Part shown: in pieces, positions 61,407 through 64,000 of the stretch
Layout: each line of letters begins with the position of its first letter
Numbering within the stretch: position 1 is the stretch's first letter
Origin: Phycisphaeraceae bacterium
GTDB lineage: Bacteria > Planctomycetota > Phycisphaerae > Phycisphaerales > Phycisphaeraceae
Reading direction: 5' to 3'
Length of the DNA: 64,000 bases
Assembly: GCA_963674705.1 (NCBI GenBank)
Contig: OY771506.1
Location: 800,001 to 864,000, forward strand
Made by a program: the position numbers and the translations under genes
Notes under the pieces: generated by a model
The model's input: the letters and a program-made list of their open reading frames with translations, nothing else
Told to the model about the DNA's origin: nothing
The model's database searches: none

Positions 61407-64000
61407 TCAGAACTTGATCTTCAATTCAAGTGCCAGGTTCTGGGCGTCGTATTGGTCTTTCAGTTCGTAATTGAAGTCGACGCTCAGGGTCATGTTGTCG
61501 GCAATCTGGCCGTCGAGGCCTATGCCGAGGACGGCGCTGTCGTCGGCGGGGTCGAGGCCTTTGGTTTCGAAGGGGGTTGAGCCGGCGAATGTGGCTTTGC
61601 TGACGGCCTGGTTGTCGGAGAATTCGTGCAGCCACATGGCTGAGGCGCGGAGGTCAAGATCATCGCGCATCGCGTAGGTGCCTTCGATACCGAGGCTGGT
61701 GACGAATGAATCTTCGTCGAGGCTGTCGTAAGAAAGGTTGGCACCGCCAGCGCCGGATTCGCTGTAGGCGTCCTGGTCGTAATAGGTATAGGCAGCGCCG
61801 GCGAACGGGCAGATGGAAAGTTTGTTGTCGATGTCGTACTGATAGCCTGCTTCGGCGTAGAGGCTGAAGACATCGGCGTTGGTGCCGCCTTTAGCTACGG
61901 CATTCAGCGCGGTGATTGTGCGTTGGCTGTCGATGTCGTTGTAGCCATAGGTTGCGCCTGCATCGATATAGAGCGGGCCACGCAGCCAGGTTGCGTAAAT
62001 ACCGACGGAGTATGCGTCGATATCGGAGCTGCTGTACTGATCGGCATCGACATCGGTGCCGGCGTAGCCGAAGGAGATACCTGCGAGGAAGTCGGGGCGG
62101 TATTCGGATTCGATGCCGAACGCCACGCCGTAGGTATCCCATTCATAGCCCATGAATCCTTTGCGTTGGTCCTGGTTGCCCCAGGTGGCGTAGGGATTGA
62201 CCCAGATGTTGATGCCCTTGGAAGCGGCCTTTTCTTCCGGCTCGGCGGCAGGCCCGACGGGGAATGCTTCGCCGCTCCAGACTAACTGCCGGAAGGAACC
62301 GGTGCGTCCGGTCTGCTGTCCGACGAAGGCGTTGTTGGTGTTCATGGCCGCGTCGACTGCGCCGAGAACGGATTCGGGTGAGAGCTGGTTGAGCGTTTCA
62401 GCCAGGGTGGCGCTATCCATGTTGTCGAGCTGAGTAAGCATCTGCGTAACGGCTGCGGAGGAGCCTGAGTAGTTATCGAGCACCGTGCCGACGCCTTGAG
62501 CGTTGGTTGAACCGCCGAACTCTGCGTAGGTGGCGGCGCGCTGCACATCCAGGAGGACTTCGGAATCGCCGAAGTCCACATGCAATGTGTAATCGAGCAC
62601 AGCCGACTGGTCTTTCAACGAGGCCAGCGCGGTGTTGATTGTGCTTTGATTGTCAGCAGCCGCGGCGGTGCCGGCGACGGTCAGCGTGTTGCCCCAGGTG
62701 AAGACGGGCATGTCCTGAAGGTTGTTGGTGATACGAGCGCCGTCTTCGCCGGTGACGGTGACGGTGGAGCCTGCTTCGAGCGTGACGTTGCCGGTGGCGA
62801 CGACCTTGTCGCTGTTGCCGTTGTTATCGACTTCAATTTCGATGGTGCTGCCGGTGCCGAGTGTGTAATCACCCGCAACGTTGAGCGTGGCGATCGAGTT
62901 GCCGGGATTGTGTCGCGCCCCGCCGGTGACCTCGAAGTCACCCCCGACACTACCGGCGCCACTGACAACGGTGTTGGCCCCGCTGACCTCGACGTTACCG
63001 CCGAGGTTGGAATTGAGCACGAGGTTGCCGCCGGTCATAGCGAGCGTGCCGGTAAAGGAAGAAGAATCAGCCGCTGGTAATTGCACGTTGGTTGAGCCAA
63101 GCGTGAGTGTTCCGCCGCCGGCAACGGTGAGGGTGGTGCCGGCGTTATTGGTAGCGGCAAGTGACGCGGCTGAGAGCCCCGATCCGGAGGCGATGTTCAA
63201 GGTGTTAGCGGTGGCAGCGCCGACAGTATCGGCGACGGCGAGTTGGGTGGTGCTAATGGTTCCGCTGCCGGCGATGTTGGCGGCGCCGCCGGAGCTGATC
63301 TGAACGGGTTCGTCGATGCTGACATCGTCGAGTGCTGCAAGAGTAGCACCGTCACCGAGTGTGAGGTCGCCGCCGATCGCATCGTGGTCGAGCGCGAGGG
63401 TGGCGTTGGAGCCAACTTCGACGTTGCCGGGGACGATAGCCGAACCCGTGATCGCGAGTGTGCCGCTGCCGCTGAGGGTGATCTTCTCGGTGCCGGTGCC
63501 GCCGGTGTTGTCGATGGCGCCGCTGATGGTGGCGGTGGTGCCGTTATCCAGTGTTAGGGTAGTGTCGGCAGTGAGTGCGGTATTGCCGATGTTGACCGAT
63601 CCGCCGCCGTCGAGCGTAGTGGTGCCGCCGGTAAGTGTGGTGGTGACTTGGGTCAGGTCGACGGTGCCGCCTTCGGTGGTAGCGATTGAGCTATTGGTCA
63701 GGTTCTGGTCGGTTGACGCGGTAATCGTCTTGGTCGAATCATCGTAGGTGCCTGCGAGTGAGGCTTCGAGCGCCTCGCCGGCGTAGATGATGGTGATACC
63801 TGCGGCGATGTCATCTTCGTAATCCGGGTCTTCAAGGATAATGGTCGCACCGCCGCTACTGCTATTGGTGATCGCGTCATCCGCAAAGTAGGTGGTGATG
63901 TCATCTGTATTCGAAGCGCTAGTCGTGAGGCGGAAGGTGCTGCCGTCGGCAAGGTCCAGCGTGTCGGTGCCGTTGCCTTCTTCGGTGATATCGATCAGCG
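61407..64000 (-). CDS. Autotransporter (beta-helix passenger plus C-terminal beta-barrel), 5' end beyond the window
   Basis: PGNSIATL, barrel motifs and terminal Phe. The frame was checked stop-free from 63200 to about 63480 and reads as protein in the same frame at the window edge. Confidence 0.9.
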   Translation of the reverse strand, partial: LIDITEEGNGTDTLDLADGSTFRLTTSASNTDDITTYFADDAITNSSSGGATIILEDPDYEDDIAAGITIIYAGEALEASLAGTYDDSTKTITASTDQNLTNSSIATTEGGTVDLTQVTTTLTGGTTTLDGGGSVNIGNTALTADTTLTLDNGTTATISGAIDNTGGTGTEKITLSGSGTLAITGSAIVPGNVEVGSNATLALDHDAIGGDLTLGDGATLAALDDVSIDEPVQISSGGAANIAGSGTISTTQLAVADTVGAATANTLNIASGSGLSAASLAATNNAGTTLTVAGGGTLTLGSTNVQLPAADSSSFTGTLAMTGGNLVLNSNLGGNVEVSGANTVVSGAGSVGGDFEVTGGARHNPGNSIATLNVAGDYTLGTGSTIEIEVDNNGNSDKVVATGNVTLEAGSTVTVTGEDGARITNNLQDMPVFTWGNTLTVAGTAAAADNQSTINTALASLKDQSAVLDYTLHVDFGDSEVLLDVQRAATYAEFGGSTNAQGVGTVLDNYSGSSAAVTQMLTQLDNMDSATLAETLNQLSPESVLGAVDAAMNTNNAFVGQQTGRTGSFRQLVWSGEAFPVGPAAEPEEKAASKGINIWVNPYATWGNQDQRKGFMGYEWDTYGVAFGIESEYRPDFLAGISFGYAGTDVDADQYSSSDIDAYSVGIYATWLRGPLYIDAGATYGYNDIDSQRTITALNAVAKGGTNADVFSLYAEAGYQYDIDNKLSICPFAGAAYTYYDQDAYSESGAGGANLSYDSLDEDSFVTSLGIEGTYAMRDDLDLRASAMWLHEFSDNQAVSKATFAGSTPFETKGLDPADDSAVLGIGLDGQIADNMTLSVDFNYELKDQYDAQNLALELKIKF

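Noticed and set aside
61407..63200. Autotransporter start at 63200 as given in the ORF track
   Set aside because: The frame stays open upstream and there is no signal peptide at 63200; the gene begins beyond the window

Overview
GC-rich bacterial chromosomal segment, most likely from a planctomycete of class Phycisphaerae. This is an inference from the PEP-CTERM and dockerin-bearing surface proteins, a DUF1559/pilin-like protein, ECF sigma/anti-sigma pairs and an alternative complex III operon. The largest block is a ~14.6 kb minus-strand respiratory operon (21105-35697): actABCDEF, a small membrane gene, sco, and an A2-type caa3 oxidase with two subunit III genes. Around it lie housekeeping genes (ygfZ-like, degP-like, panB, oppF-like, LOG, heterodimeric ABC exporter, class V aminotransferase, PpiC-type chaperone, yraN, DUF1015), a GH9 plus deacetylase pair, two ECF sigma/anti-sigma pairs and a partial autotransporter. 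Main observations: (i) a sigma-54 activator with a four-Cys GAF motif faces a -24/-12 promoter driving AhpD, a secreted cysteine hydrolase, YHS and DUF1348 genes; (ii) the last 81 bp of the DUF1015 gene are duplicated, with only synonymous changes, around a small cargo gene; (iii) one putative anti-sigma carries a pilin/H-X9-DG-like domain; (iv) three apparent single-base frameshifts, one of which hides a gene missing from the ORF track; (v) a perfect (TGGGGTG)11 tract; (vi) a candidate sRNA; (vii) several unrelated REP-like palindromes. No rRNA, tRNA, CRISPR array, integrase or transposase was recognised. All family calls come from motif recognition by eye, not database searches.
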